Notes under the pieces: model-generated | Seen by the model: the letters and a program-made list of their open reading frames with translations, nothing else | Told to the model about the DNA's origin: nothing | Database searches by the model: none | NCBI GenBank assembly: GCA_963850905.1 | Contig: CAWKMU010000003.1 | Location: 1,888,001-1,952,000, forward strand | DNA: 64,000 bases | Direction of reading: 5' to 3' | Source of the DNA: an uncultured Gemmatimonadales bacterium | Lineage (GTDB): Bacteria; Gemmatimonadota; Gemmatimonadetes; Gemmatimonadales; Gemmatimonadaceae | In this document: piece after piece, positions 28,265-40,412 of the stretch | Layout of the letters: each line of letters begins with the position of its first letter | How positions within the stretch are numbered: position 1 is the stretch's first letter | Translations under genes and position numbers: made by a program

Positions 28265-29005
28265 TCAGTGGAAGAGCTGGTACGACATGCCGAACGTCAG
28301 GAGTCCGTTGCTGCGCCACCCGGACAAGTGCCGTCCGGTCGCAATTACCTGCGTGCCGTCGATCGCCGTCGTGTGATACGTCGCCGGGTAGTGGTACGGC
28401 CAGAGGTAGCCGTTCATGTCGAGGTGGGCACTGAAGCGCCCAGGTGGGACCCAGCGGAACCCGCCACCATACGTCGCCGCGAAGGTCGTGCCGAATCGGT
28501 AACCGCCTACATCGCGGGTTGCTCCCAGATCCGAGACGGCGGCAGGCCCGGCCCCAAAGTACGGCATGAGATTGTGCCACGAGCGGTCGCCCGTAAAGTT
28601 GAGCCCCAGATTGAGGTCGAACATCGTCAATCCGTCGTCCCGAGTGCCGACCGTTCGGAGCGCCTCTGGCGAACTTGGGTCGATCACCGAGCGCTGGGAA
28701 AAGGCGTGTGTGAGGCGAGTGTAGAAGATCGCGGGACCGCCCAAGTGGACCAGCTCACGCAATCCGACGACCGGCGCATCTTGAGGCTGCACACCCGCCA
28801 GGTCCTTGCTGGTGAAGAGGTACCCGGTGAAGATCGACAGCTCACTCGGGCTCTCGACATCGCGATAGGGGCTGTCTTCAGGCGTGTAGCCTGTAATGTT
28901 CTGGGCGGCGGTCGGGCGTGGCGCCAGGAATGCAAGCAATCCCGCCAGAACGAACACTCCCGCAACGGGAGAAAAGGCCCATCGTGTTTGGAATCGAGAA
29001 ATCAC
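28265..29005 (-). CDS. Putative outer-membrane beta-barrel protein
   Basis: Signal peptide, amphipathic strands (PYFGAG, YGGGFRW), C-terminal FGMSYQLF. Confidence 0.65.
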   Translation of the reverse strand: MISRFQTRWAFSPVAGVFVLAGLLAFLAPRPTAAQNITGYTPEDSPYRDVESPSELSIFTGYLFTSKDLAGVQPQDAPVVGLRELVHLGGPAIFYTRLTHAFSQRSVIDPSSPEALRTVGTRDDGLTMFDLNLGLNFTGDRSWHNLMPYFGAGPAAVSDLGATRDVGGYRFGTTFAATYGGGFRWVPPGRFSAHLDMNGYLWPYHYPATYHTTAIDGTQVIATGRHLSGWRSNGLLTFGMSYQLFH

Positions 29006-29378
29006 AGTCGAGTAAAGGAAGAAGACTGACGCGCACCACGCTCGTAGGCGACAGCCGCGTCGCCTCGTGCGCGCCGCCCGCGGTTAGTACCAGCCGGTGC
29101 GACCAGAGGTCCGTCCGATGACACCTGTGTCAACGGGGGGACGTCTCTGTTTCCCATCCAGGCGTCTGGCAGTCCCACGCCAGAGGCCGGGGCCGAGGGT
29201 CCGGCGCGTACCTGACGCGCGCACGCAAGCAGTCGTGCGCGCGCGTCCCGAGCGCGGCGGTCGTGTCTTCGCGCTCGGCCCGGGCGTCCCCGCCGTTGAG
29301 GACGACAGGGACTACCGGGCCATGTACGGACCGGACCATCTTTGCAAATGTACCGGGCGGTTGACTCCCCAACCAGCG

Positions 29379-30116
29379 ATGCGAGCCGTCTTTCTCATTC
29401 TGTCGATCAGCGCGGTCCTTGCTGCGGGTCGCTCGACACCCGTCCAAGCGCAAGCGACCAGCCATCCTGGCAAGAGTACCGCAAAGGCTAGTTCGGCGAC
29501 GCAAACGCACCACCCGACCGCGGTCGGGAAGGCCGCGTCGAGCCACACGGTGACCCACAGCACGCCGGCCAAGGCCACCGCCGCCGCCGACGAGATGACG
29601 CCCGCCAACAGCGCCGACCTGGCGTCCCTCACGGGAACCTCGCTGCGCGATGCCCCTGACGGCCGCGCATTTGCGACCCTCTCGCCCGGGGTGACCCTCG
29701 AGCCGGTTGCGCGCGATCGAGGATGGGTCCGGGTGCGCGCGGAAGGATGGGTCAAGGAAAGCGAAGTTGGGCCGCTCGATTCGAATCGAGTCGTCTTGTC
29801 GGCTGCGGACCTTCGAGCCGATCCGGAGGGCTCTCGTGGGAAACACGTGCGCTGGGAGGTCCAGGTACTCGCGATGGCGACGGCCGATCCGCTCCGCAAG
29901 GGACTCAATCCCGACGAACCCTACCTGCTCGCCCGAGGGCCGGGGTCCGAGAGTGCACTCCTCTATGTCGCCATTCCGACCGACCTGGTTGCGGCCGCGC
30001 ACAGCTTGGCCTCGCTGGCGCCTGTCCCCGTCACGCTGGCCGCGACCGTTCGACTCGGGCGGAGTGAGCCCGTCGGGGTGCCGATCCTCGAGGCACAGAG
30101 CCTGACCCGGCGGTGA
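29379..30116 (+). CDS. Secreted protein with SH3b-like and OB-fold-like regions
   Basis: Signal peptide, Thr/Ser/His-rich linker, LRDAPDG...GWVRVRAEGWV. Confidence 0.65.
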   Translation: MRAVFLILSISAVLAAGRSTPVQAQATSHPGKSTAKASSATQTHHPTAVGKAASSHTVTHSTPAKATAAADEMTPANSADLASLTGTSLRDAPDGRAFATLSPGVTLEPVARDRGWVRVRAEGWVKESEVGPLDSNRVVLSAADLRADPEGSRGKHVRWEVQVLAMATADPLRKGLNPDEPYLLARGPGSESALLYVAIPTDLVAAAHSLASLAPVPVTLAATVRLGRSEPVGVPILEAQSLTRR

Positions 30117-30892
30117 CGGAGCTCGCCGGCACGTCAGGAGTGGGGGCGCCGCCGCCCGATCGCGTCGTTCCACGGCATCCGCCGGGCGCGCCGGAGGACG
30201 CCGCTGCGCCGGAAAGGAAGCTCCCGGGTCCGCCCCCGTCGAGCGGTCTGGGCACGCGGCCGCGTCCAGCCAGTCGGCCGCCCCGCCCGACCGGGACGCC
30301 CATGTTGAGCCCATGGGCCTTTATCAAGGCCTATCCCTGGGTCTTCGTGGGCTTGGCTGTCGCCATCGGTGCACTGGCTGGCGGTGACGCGTGGCTCGTG
30401 TACAAGCGCCAGCAATACGAGCGCGAGGTGGAGCGACTGCGACAGGCGATGTCCGCTGTCGAGCGCCGTCGAGCCGACTACGCCTTTGCGGCCAACAAGA
30501 ATCACTTTCGCATCATGATTCAACTCATCCGGCTACAAGCCGAAGGCGACCAGGCATTGCATCTCTCGGTGGCGCTCGATCGCGGCGAGATGTACCTCGA
30601 GCGTGAGGGGATTCGGCTGCGATCGATGCCACTCCGTGTTGGGGCGGACACCGTCGTCGGTCAGGGTCCGAATGCCGTGCACGTTGCTGCGCCGCGAGGA
30701 CAGCGCACGATCGCGTCGGTCGGAGCGTGGTCGATCACGCTCGATGGCGGCACGGCGATCTATGCCGACTCCGGGATCGATGTGCTGAGCGGGGGTGCCG
30801 GCGTGACGCCCGGCAACGTGCGCATTCCGGCGACCGATCTCCAGGCGATCCTGCCCAATGTCAAGGCGGGCATGAGCGTGTACTTCTACTAG
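30113..30892 (+). CDS. Membrane-anchored degenerate YkuD-like protein lacking the catalytic His/Cys
   Basis: TM helix plus coiled coil; C-terminus LDGGTAIYA...PGNVRIP...GMSVYFY aligns by eye with the neighbouring L,D-transpeptidase. Confidence 0.65.
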   Translation: MTELAGTSGVGAPPPDRVVPRHPPGAPEDAAAPERKLPGPPPSSGLGTRPRPASRPPRPTGTPMLSPWAFIKAYPWVFVGLAVAIGALAGGDAWLVYKRQQYEREVERLRQAMSAVERRRADYAFAANKNHFRIMIQLIRLQAEGDQALHLSVALDRGEMYLEREGIRLRSMPLRVGADTVVGQGPNAVHVAAPRGQRTIASVGAWSITLDGGTAIYADSGIDVLSGGAGVTPGNVRIPATDLQAILPNVKAGMSVYFY

Positions 30893-30905
30893 TAGCGCGA
30901 CGCGC

Positions 30906-31772
30906 ATGTCAGTGATCCGTACGCTGCGTCAGGGCGGCCCATTCCTCTGGATGCTGCTGCTCGTGCTAACTGGCGTTGCCGCCGGAAGTGGCGTCGTCCT
31001 CAATGGCACGCTTCGCCAGCGGTTTCTTCGCGATGTCACTCGCATGGCGTTCAACGGCAATCTCGAGTTGCTCGACAACGTCAAACGCGAGATCGGGGCT
31101 GCGCGCGACACCCTCAATCAACGACTCGCGGCGAGTGACAGTGCGCCGCCTGGCGACCGCCCGTACATCGTCGTCAGCATCAGCGACAAGCGCCTGTGGT
31201 ATCGCCAAGGCGATCGGACGCTGTTTACGACCCGTGTAGCGACGGGCACCGGAAAGGAACTCGTAAAAGAAGGACCGAACGGTGGCGTACACTGGAAATT
31301 CGACACGCCACGGGGTCGCCTCGTCGTCGAAGCCAAGGAAACGGATCCAATTTGGGTCCCTCCAGACTGGCACTACGTCGAGATGGCGAGCAAGAAGCAC
31401 CTCGCGGTCGTCAAGTTGACGCGAGGTCAGTCGATTCCGATCGGCGGAGGGGCTGTTGTCACGGTTGACGGGACAGACGTCGTGACCCGCTATCCTGACG
31501 GACGCAAGGTGCCCTTCGAGACTCACGAAGGACAGGAAATCGTCGCCAACAATGCGATCGTCATCCCGCCCTACGGGACCAACCAGCGCAAGTACGACGG
31601 AACCCTGGGCGTCAATCGCCTGTACCTTGGGGACGGATACGGCATCCATGGGACCGACGAGCCGCTCTCGATCGGTACTGCGGCGAGCCACGGCTGTGTA
31701 CGTCTCCGAAACGAGGATATCGAGACCTTGTTCCGCATCGTGCCGATCGGTACGGTCGTATACATCTACTGA
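30906..31772 (+). CDS. L,D-transpeptidase (YkuD family)
   Basis: YIVVSISDKRLW, VATG, DTPRG, YGIHGT...SHGCVRL. Confidence 0.92.
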   Translation: MSVIRTLRQGGPFLWMLLLVLTGVAAGSGVVLNGTLRQRFLRDVTRMAFNGNLELLDNVKREIGAARDTLNQRLAASDSAPPGDRPYIVVSISDKRLWYRQGDRTLFTTRVATGTGKELVKEGPNGGVHWKFDTPRGRLVVEAKETDPIWVPPDWHYVEMASKKHLAVVKLTRGQSIPIGGGAVVTVDGTDVVTRYPDGRKVPFETHEGQEIVANNAIVIPPYGTNQRKYDGTLGVNRLYLGDGYGIHGTDEPLSIGTAASHGCVRLRNEDIETLFRIVPIGTVVYIY

Positions 31773-31817
31773 GTGAGTGACAGTCGCGAATGAGCGCCCC
31801 TCGATGAGCGGTCCCGT

Positions 31818-32881
31818 GTGATCCTCCACTCGCTGCTGCTGGTCGCCCAGGTCGCCACGCCGGTGTTCGGCGCGCCTGCCGTTGCGCGCCCGGCCACTCC
31901 GCGCGCGCCGGCCACCGTCGCTGCCGACACCGGACACCTGGCGTTGAATGATTCGGCGCGCGCAGGATCCGATCTCGCGGTGGAGGCCGACACGGGCGCC
32001 GTGCTCGTGCCTCGGGATTCACTCCTCGGGCTGAGCGGAAAGCTGCGCGCCCGCTTCGTGCTCGCGACGGAACACTCGCTCGTGCTCCCGATCCTTCGGC
32101 ACTTCTTCGGTGACACGGCCGGGTCGCAGCCGGGAGTCTATTCCCTGCGGGACAGCCTGCTCGACGGCCACGCGTTCTCGCTCATTACACTCCTTCCCTT
32201 CAGCAGCAAGGCCAAGGGGCGACTTGGGGTGTACCGGGTCGGGTGGTGGCCGGCTGAGCGGCACCGCCGCCGGTCGACAGCCTACGAGAACCCCACCGGC
32301 TTTATTCGGGTGACCCCCGACAACCAGGACACGCCAGTCTCGGAGCATTTCCGGCTGCGCGATTTTCTGACGCACGACCAACAGGACGTGTGGCCGAAGT
32401 ACATCGTTCTCCGCGAAGCCCTCGTGGATAAGCTCGAGCTCATCATCGACGATCTGGCCGCGCACGGCCATCCGGACGCCCACCTCGTCATCATGTCGGG
32501 ATTTCGCACACCCGCGTACAACGCCACGGGCGTGGGGGGCCACGGCGGTCGTGCGCGCGACAGTCGCCATCAGTTCGGCGACGCGGCCGACATCTATGTC
32601 GACAACGACGGCCACGGGGTCATGGATGATCTCAACGGCGACGGGCGCATCGACTCCCGTGATGCCCGGGTCTTGCTGGCTTCAGTCGATCGAGTCGAGG
32701 CGGCCCACCCGGAGCTCATCGGTGGCGCTGGCGTCTATCGGGGCACGAAGGCGCACGGCCCGTTCCTCCATGTCGATGTTCGCGGCCAGGCGGTTCGATG
32801 GTCGGTCGAGGAGCCGAAGCGCCGGAGGCCACGGACCTCGAAGAAGCAACCCACACGTGGCCACGGCCAGGGCGGGACTCA

Positions 32882-32885
<4 letters not shown>
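31818..32885 (+). CDS. Peptidase M15A-family zinc peptidase, secreted
   Basis: SEHFRLRDF, MSGFRTPAYN, SRHQFGDAADI, FLHVDVRG. Confidence 0.85.
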
Positions 32886-34964
<2,079 letters not shown>

Positions 34965-35099
34965 CAGCAGCAACGCGCGCGGGGCACATTCGGCCCGCGC
35001 TAGGAGTGCGCCGAGACCGCCGCGGGCGGCCGGGTGTGCCGATCGGTTCCCGCGCAGCTTGATCATCAACACCAGATCCCTCTAATCGGAGGCCTTCAC

Positions 35100-36584
35100 G
35101 TGGGATTAGGGACCACGAAGAGCATCGCCTCGTTGCAGGCGGAAGCCAGCGCGGGTGAAGGCGCCGGCGGGCTCCGCCGCGTACTGACGGCGACAAATCT
35201 CACCACGTTCGGAATCGGCGCGATCATCGGCGCGGGCATTTTCGTCCTGACGGGCACGGTGGCAGCGACGAACTCCGGCCCGGCCGTGGCGCTGTCGTTC
35301 GTGCTCGCCGGACTTGGCTGCCTGTTCGCAGGACTCTGCTACGCGGAGTTCGCGGCCATGATCCCGATTGCGGGGAGCGCATACACGTATGCGTATGCAA
35401 CGCTCGGCGAGTTCATTGCCTGGCTCGTCGGTTGGAACCTCGTGCTCGAGTACATGTTTGGCGCGTCTACGGTTGCCGTCGGCTGGTCGGGGCACTTCGT
35501 CAACTTCCTGCAGGGAGCGGGCATCCCCATCTCCGCCGGCTGGTCGCAGGCGCCGCTCACCTGGAATGCGTCGCTGAACCACATCGAGCGCGTGCCCGGC
35601 GGTGTCATCAACCTGCCCGCCGTGATGTTGGTGGCCGCGCTCACGGCGTTGCTGGTGATCGGCATTAAGGAGTCGGCTCGGTTCAACAACATCGTCGTGT
35701 TCATCAAGGTCGGCATCGTGGTGCTCGTGATTGCCGTTGGCTTTGCCTTCGTGAATCAGGCGAACTGGCATCCCTTCATCCCGGCGAACACCGGCCACTT
35801 CGGCGAATTCGGGTGGAGCGGCATCGCGCGTGGGGCAGGCCTGGTCTTCTTCGCCTATATCGGATTCGACGCCGTGTCCACGGCGGCGCAGGAGGCCAAG
35901 AACCCGCAACGCGATCTACCAATCGGGATGCTGGGATCGCTCGCGATCTGTACGGTGCTCTACATCCTCATGGCTCTCGTGATGACGGGCCTCGTTTCGT
36001 ATACACAACTCAACGTGCCCGCGCCGGTCGTCGTGGCGTTGGGTGCGGTCCCGTCCTTGACGTGGCTTCGGCTGTTGACCGATATCGGCGTGGTCGTTGG
36101 TCTGGCGTCGACAGTGCTGGTCATGCTCATGGGACAGACCCGTGTGGCATTCTCAATGTCCCGCGACGGGTTGCTTCCCCCCGCGTTTGGGCGCGTGCAT
36201 CCGAAGTTCGGCACGCCGTACGTGGTCACGATCGTCGTCGGAATCATTGGCTGCGCGTTGGCCGCGTTCTTCCCGGTGGGGCTGCTCGCAGAGCTCGTCA
36301 ACATCGGGACGCTGCTCGCGTTCGTCATCGTGAGCGCTGGCGTGTGGGTCCTGCGTGTGAGGAGCCCCAATCTGGCCCGGCCGTTCCGGACTCCGTTCGT
36401 CCCGGTCGTACCGATCCTTGGGATGGTGTTCTGCCTGGGGCTCATGTTCACCTTGCCGAGCCAGACATGGATTCGGCTGGCCATCTGGACAGTCATCGGA
36501 CTCGCGGTCTACTTCGGGTACGGGCGCCAGCATTCGCGTGCAGGCTCCATGGCGACTGCCGCCGCGCCGGTCGCTGCGGATTGA
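35100..36584 (+). CDS. APC-family amino acid permease
   Basis: GIGAIIGAGIF, LCYAEFAAMIPIAGSAY, FFAYIGFDAVSTAAQE; GGAGG RBS before GTG. Confidence 0.93.
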   Translation: MGLGTTKSIASLQAEASAGEGAGGLRRVLTATNLTTFGIGAIIGAGIFVLTGTVAATNSGPAVALSFVLAGLGCLFAGLCYAEFAAMIPIAGSAYTYAYATLGEFIAWLVGWNLVLEYMFGASTVAVGWSGHFVNFLQGAGIPISAGWSQAPLTWNASLNHIERVPGGVINLPAVMLVAALTALLVIGIKESARFNNIVVFIKVGIVVLVIAVGFAFVNQANWHPFIPANTGHFGEFGWSGIARGAGLVFFAYIGFDAVSTAAQEAKNPQRDLPIGMLGSLAICTVLYILMALVMTGLVSYTQLNVPAPVVVALGAVPSLTWLRLLTDIGVVVGLASTVLVMLMGQTRVAFSMSRDGLLPPAFGRVHPKFGTPYVVTIVVGIIGCALAAFFPVGLLAELVNIGTLLAFVIVSAGVWVLRVRSPNLARPFRTPFVPVVPILGMVFCLGLMFTLPSQTWIRLAIWTVIGLAVYFGYGRQHSRAGSMATAAAPVAAD

Positions 36585-36668
36585 CCACCGGGCTAGCCTC
36601 GGCCCTGTGTTAGATTGAGGCGGCGCCCGCGGAACCCCGCGGGCGCCGCTCGCATTTTCGCCTGACTC

Positions 36669-37769
36669 ATGCCCGCGCATCCCTCTCCCAGCACGGCCGA
36701 CCTCCTGGCCGTCCCGTCACGGCGCCTCGGACCCATTTGCTCGCTGCTCGAGGTGCTGACCAGCGGCCGGTCCGTCGCGCTCTCGACGCACATCAACGCC
36801 GACGGCGACGGCTGCGGTTCGGAAGCTGCCCTGGCACGCCTCCTGGCGCAGGCGGGTCTGCGCCCCCGCATCGTGAATCCGACGCCCTGGCCCACTTCGT
36901 TCGATTTCCTGCTCGACAAGGACATCGACGATGCCACGGCGCGTGGGCCTGGGGCCCTCGCCGATCTGGATGTCCTGACCGTTGTCGACATCGGCGATGT
37001 GCGACGGCTCGGCACGTTGACGGACACGGTGCGTGGCATGACGGTGCCGAAACTCGTGATCGACCATCACGTGCCAGGTGACGAACCCCCGGGGCCGATC
37101 ATTTTGTCGGACACGACGGCATGCGCGACGGGTGAGTTGATTTTCGATATGGCCCTCACCGCGCGTTGGCCTATCTCGCACGCGACGGCGACGGCGCTCT
37201 ACACGGCGCTCCTGAGCGACACGGGCGGCTTCCGCTTCAGCAATACGTCACCCCGGTGCCATGCCATCGCGGGGTACCTCCTGTCGCTCGGCATCGACCC
37301 CGAGGACATGTACCGTCGCGTCTACGCGTCAATGCCGCTGGGACGCCTGCAACTGCTCCGCGAGGCGCTCGAGACGCTCGAGGTCGATCCGCAGTATGCG
37401 ATCGCCTGGATCTCCGTCTCAGCCGGCGCGGTCGAGCGGTATGGTCTCAAGTCGGAAGACCTCGATGGTATCGTCGAGCACCCCAGGTCGATCGCGGGAA
37501 CGCGCATGGCCATCTTCTTCCGCGACCTCGGCCACGGAAAGGTCAAGATTTCTTTCCGCAGCACAGGCGATGTCGACGTGAACAAATTCGCGCGGCAGTT
37601 CGGGGGTGGCGGCCACGCCAAAGCGGCCGGCGCGCTGATCGCTGGTGCGCTCCCCGAGGTGCGGAAGGACGTTATTACCGCAGCTCGTGAGTTCGTGGGC
37701 CCTGCACCAGCTGGCGGGAGGCCCGTCGATCCGTCGTCCATTTCCAACGACGGGGCGTTGGCGCTCTGA
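36669..37769 (+). CDS. nrnA: DHH/DHHA1 phosphoesterase (NrnA-like)
   Basis: HINADGDG, IDHH, SDTGGFRF, GGGGHAKAAG. Confidence 0.88.
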   Translation: MPAHPSPSTADLLAVPSRRLGPICSLLEVLTSGRSVALSTHINADGDGCGSEAALARLLAQAGLRPRIVNPTPWPTSFDFLLDKDIDDATARGPGALADLDVLTVVDIGDVRRLGTLTDTVRGMTVPKLVIDHHVPGDEPPGPIILSDTTACATGELIFDMALTARWPISHATATALYTALLSDTGGFRFSNTSPRCHAIAGYLLSLGIDPEDMYRRVYASMPLGRLQLLREALETLEVDPQYAIAWISVSAGAVERYGLKSEDLDGIVEHPRSIAGTRMAIFFRDLGHGKVKISFRSTGDVDVNKFARQFGGGGHAKAAGALIAGALPEVRKDVITAAREFVGPAPAGGRPVDPSSISNDGALAL

Positions 37770-37795
37770 GTGCACGCCCCTAGCTTTCAAAATCC

Positions 37796-38086
37796 ATGAG
37801 TCCGGGCAAGAGGGCCGCTGTCGAGGAACGCATTCGCGGAGCGATTTCGCGGCTGCGGCCGCTGCTGCGGTTGAGCGATCCTCCCACAATCGATCTGGTG
37901 TCGTTCGATCCACGCAGCGGGCTCGCGATTCTGCGGCTCAGTGGCGGCTGTCCGGACTGCGAGATGCCCGTAGGCGCGCTGATGCAGGGCATCGCCGCGC
38001 ACCTAAAGTTACGAGTCCCCGAGATCCGAGAAGTGAGAGCCGAGTCGACCGACGACAGTGAAGCTGTCGGGCACGGCCACCCGTGA
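37796..38086 (+). CDS. NifU/NfuA C-terminal domain protein
   Basis: LRPLL...LRLSGGCPDC...VPEIREV. Confidence 0.85.
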   Translation: MSPGKRAAVEERIRGAISRLRPLLRLSDPPTIDLVSFDPRSGLAILRLSGGCPDCEMPVGALMQGIAAHLKLRVPEIREVRAESTDDSEAVGHGHP

Positions 38087-38092
38087 GGGGCG

Positions 38093-38965
38093 ATGGCTGA
38101 CGCGCCGATTAGCCCGCGTCGCCCGTTGCCGGTGATGGATCAGAAGCCGGCTGCCGCCCCACGGCCATCTGCGCCCACGCCCGTGGCGTACCCGCACCTT
38201 GGCCATGTGATCGCCGTATCCAGCGGGAAGGGCGGCGTCGGGAAGTCCACTGTGGCCGTGAACCTCGCGGTGGCGCTCGCTGCGAACGGCGCGCGCGTTG
38301 GTCTCATGGACGCGGACATCTATGGGCCAAACGTTCCGCGTATGCTCGGTGTGCACCACGCGCCTGAAGTGGACGAGAAGCGGAAGAAAATGGTTCCGCT
38401 GCAAGCGCACGGGCTCAAGCTCATGAGCCTCGGGCTGCTGATCGACAAGGACCAACCCGCGATCTGGCGCGGACCCATCGTGATGAAGATCATCGGCCAG
38501 TTCCTGGCGGATGTATTGTGGGGTGAGCTCGATTACTTGATCGTCGACATGCCGCCGGGCACCGGCGACGCGCAGCTCTCACTCGTGCAGTCCACGTTCG
38601 TACACGGGGCGATCATCGTGACCACCCCTCAAGAGGTCGCCGTCGGCGACGCTCTCCGTGGGGTGCGCATGTTCCAGCGCGTCAACGTCCCGGTGCTGGG
38701 CATCGTCGAGAACATGAGCTATCTCGAGTGCCAACACTGCGGCAAACCATCGCCCATCTTCGGGTCCGGCGGGGGCGAGCGCCTGGCGCGCGAGCTCGGT
38801 CTGCCGCTGCTCGCACGGGTACCGCTCGATCCTCGGATCGTCACCGGCAGCGATATGGGCCAGCCCATCGTTCTCGCAGAACCCACGGCGTCGGCAGCCA
38901 AAGCGTTCGCCATGCTCGCTCAACGCGTCGCCGACGCGTCCGTCGGCTCCCCGTCGACTGCATGA
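38093..38965 (+). CDS. mrp: Mrp/NBP35 Fe-S cluster carrier ATPase
   Basis: SGKGGVGKST, DADIYGP, DMPPGTGD, ENMSYLECQHC. Confidence 0.93.
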   Translation: MADAPISPRRPLPVMDQKPAAAPRPSAPTPVAYPHLGHVIAVSSGKGGVGKSTVAVNLAVALAANGARVGLMDADIYGPNVPRMLGVHHAPEVDEKRKKMVPLQAHGLKLMSLGLLIDKDQPAIWRGPIVMKIIGQFLADVLWGELDYLIVDMPPGTGDAQLSLVQSTFVHGAIIVTTPQEVAVGDALRGVRMFQRVNVPVLGIVENMSYLECQHCGKPSPIFGSGGGERLARELGLPLLARVPLDPRIVTGSDMGQPIVLAEPTASAAKAFAMLAQRVADASVGSPSTA

Positions 38966-40404
38966 GATCGACGGCATCACGGGATCGGGTCCTTACCACG
39001 CGGCCGCCGGACGATGCTCCGGCGGCCGCGCTGCCGATGGACCCGTTTGATGGCACGGTCGCGATCGCGGTCACCGGCGAGTACGCGGTCTCGGGCGTCG
39101 TCCACGATCCGCTCTCACGCGTGATTTGGCGGGTAGGTGCGCCAGCGGTCGCGTCAAATCTTCTGATGATCGTGTTCGCGTCCGCTGATGCCTTCTGGGT
39201 CGGCACGCGCCTCGGTTCCGCCGCACTCGCCGCGGTCGCGACGTCGCTCTTCTGGATCTGGCTATTCATCTCGGTCGCCGAGATGGTGAGCGTGGGATTG
39301 ACAGCCGTCGCATCACGGCGTCACGGCGAGCGGCGACGTGAGGAAGCAGCACACGTCGTGGGCGATGCGCTGATCGTCGCGCTGCTCGTTGGAAGCGCGA
39401 TCGCGCTCGGAGGCACGTTGTTGCTGCCCCAGCTGCTCAACGCGATGCACATTCCACCGGCGGTGTCGACGTTGAGCACCGCGTATCTCGGCACGTATCT
39501 CCTTGGCATGCCGCTGATCTTCGTGTACTTCGCGGTCGATGCGGCGTTCCGAGCGTCCGGTGACACCCGCACACCGCTCGTGTTGCTGGCAGCGTCGGTG
39601 GCCGTGACCCTGGCCCTGGACCCTGCGCTCATCCTCGGAAAGGCGGGACTGCCCCGTCTCGGCATCACCGGCGCCGCTGTCGCCACGATCGCGACGCGAG
39701 GCGGCGCGAGCATCTTGGGCGTCTGGCTGCTCGCCCGCAGGGATATGGTCCGGTTCGGACGTCCGCGTCTCACGGCGGTGCTTCCCATCATGCGTGTCGG
39801 GATGCCGACCGCCGTCACTGGCGTGCTGTTCAGCGTGGTCTACGTTGCCGTAACACGCACAGTCACGCGATTCGGTACCCCTGCGCTGGCGGCTATGGGG
39901 CTTGGCTTCAGGATCGAGAGCTGGTTCTACATGGTCGGCGCGGGATTCGGTGCAGCGGCGGCAGCCATTGTGGGGCAAAATCTCGGGGCTCGTCAGGTCG
40001 CCAGAGCCTCGCGCGCCGGATGGCTTACGCTGGCGTACGCCAGCGCACCGGCGGTCGTCGCCGTCGCGATCGAGCTGCTCATTCCGCGCCAGATGGCTAG
40101 TGTGTTCACCGGCGACATTGCGGTCATTACGGAAACGGCGCACTACCTGCGTATCGCAGCGGTCGCGCAGCTCTTTACCGCGAGTGAGCTCGTGCTCGAG
40201 GGTGCGCTGGGCGGCGCCGGCTACACGGTGGCGCCAATGATCACGTCCACGTCGATCAGTGCGTCTCGGATTCCCTTGGCGCAGTGGGCGTCCCGCTGGG
40301 GGACCACGGGCATCTGGGCCGTGATCGCCACGACAGCTGCGGGGCGGGGAGTCGGGATGATGGCGTTGTGGCGCGCGGGCCGGTGGAAGACGCGAAACGT
40401 GTAG
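38962..40404 (+). CDS. MATE family transporter
   Basis: FRASGDTRTPL, LDPALI, GAAVAT, VGQNLGA; many hydrophobic segments. Confidence 0.9.
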   Translation: MRSTASRDRVLTTRPPDDAPAAALPMDPFDGTVAIAVTGEYAVSGVVHDPLSRVIWRVGAPAVASNLLMIVFASADAFWVGTRLGSAALAAVATSLFWIWLFISVAEMVSVGLTAVASRRHGERRREEAAHVVGDALIVALLVGSAIALGGTLLLPQLLNAMHIPPAVSTLSTAYLGTYLLGMPLIFVYFAVDAAFRASGDTRTPLVLLAASVAVTLALDPALILGKAGLPRLGITGAAVATIATRGGASILGVWLLARRDMVRFGRPRLTAVLPIMRVGMPTAVTGVLFSVVYVAVTRTVTRFGTPALAAMGLGFRIESWFYMVGAGFGAAAAAIVGQNLGARQVARASRAGWLTLAYASAPAVVAVAIELLIPRQMASVFTGDIAVITETAHYLRIAAVAQLFTASELVLEGALGGAGYTVAPMITSTSISASRIPLAQWASRWGTTGIWAVIATTAAGRGVGMMALWRAGRWKTRNV

Positions 40405-40412
40405 AATACGTC

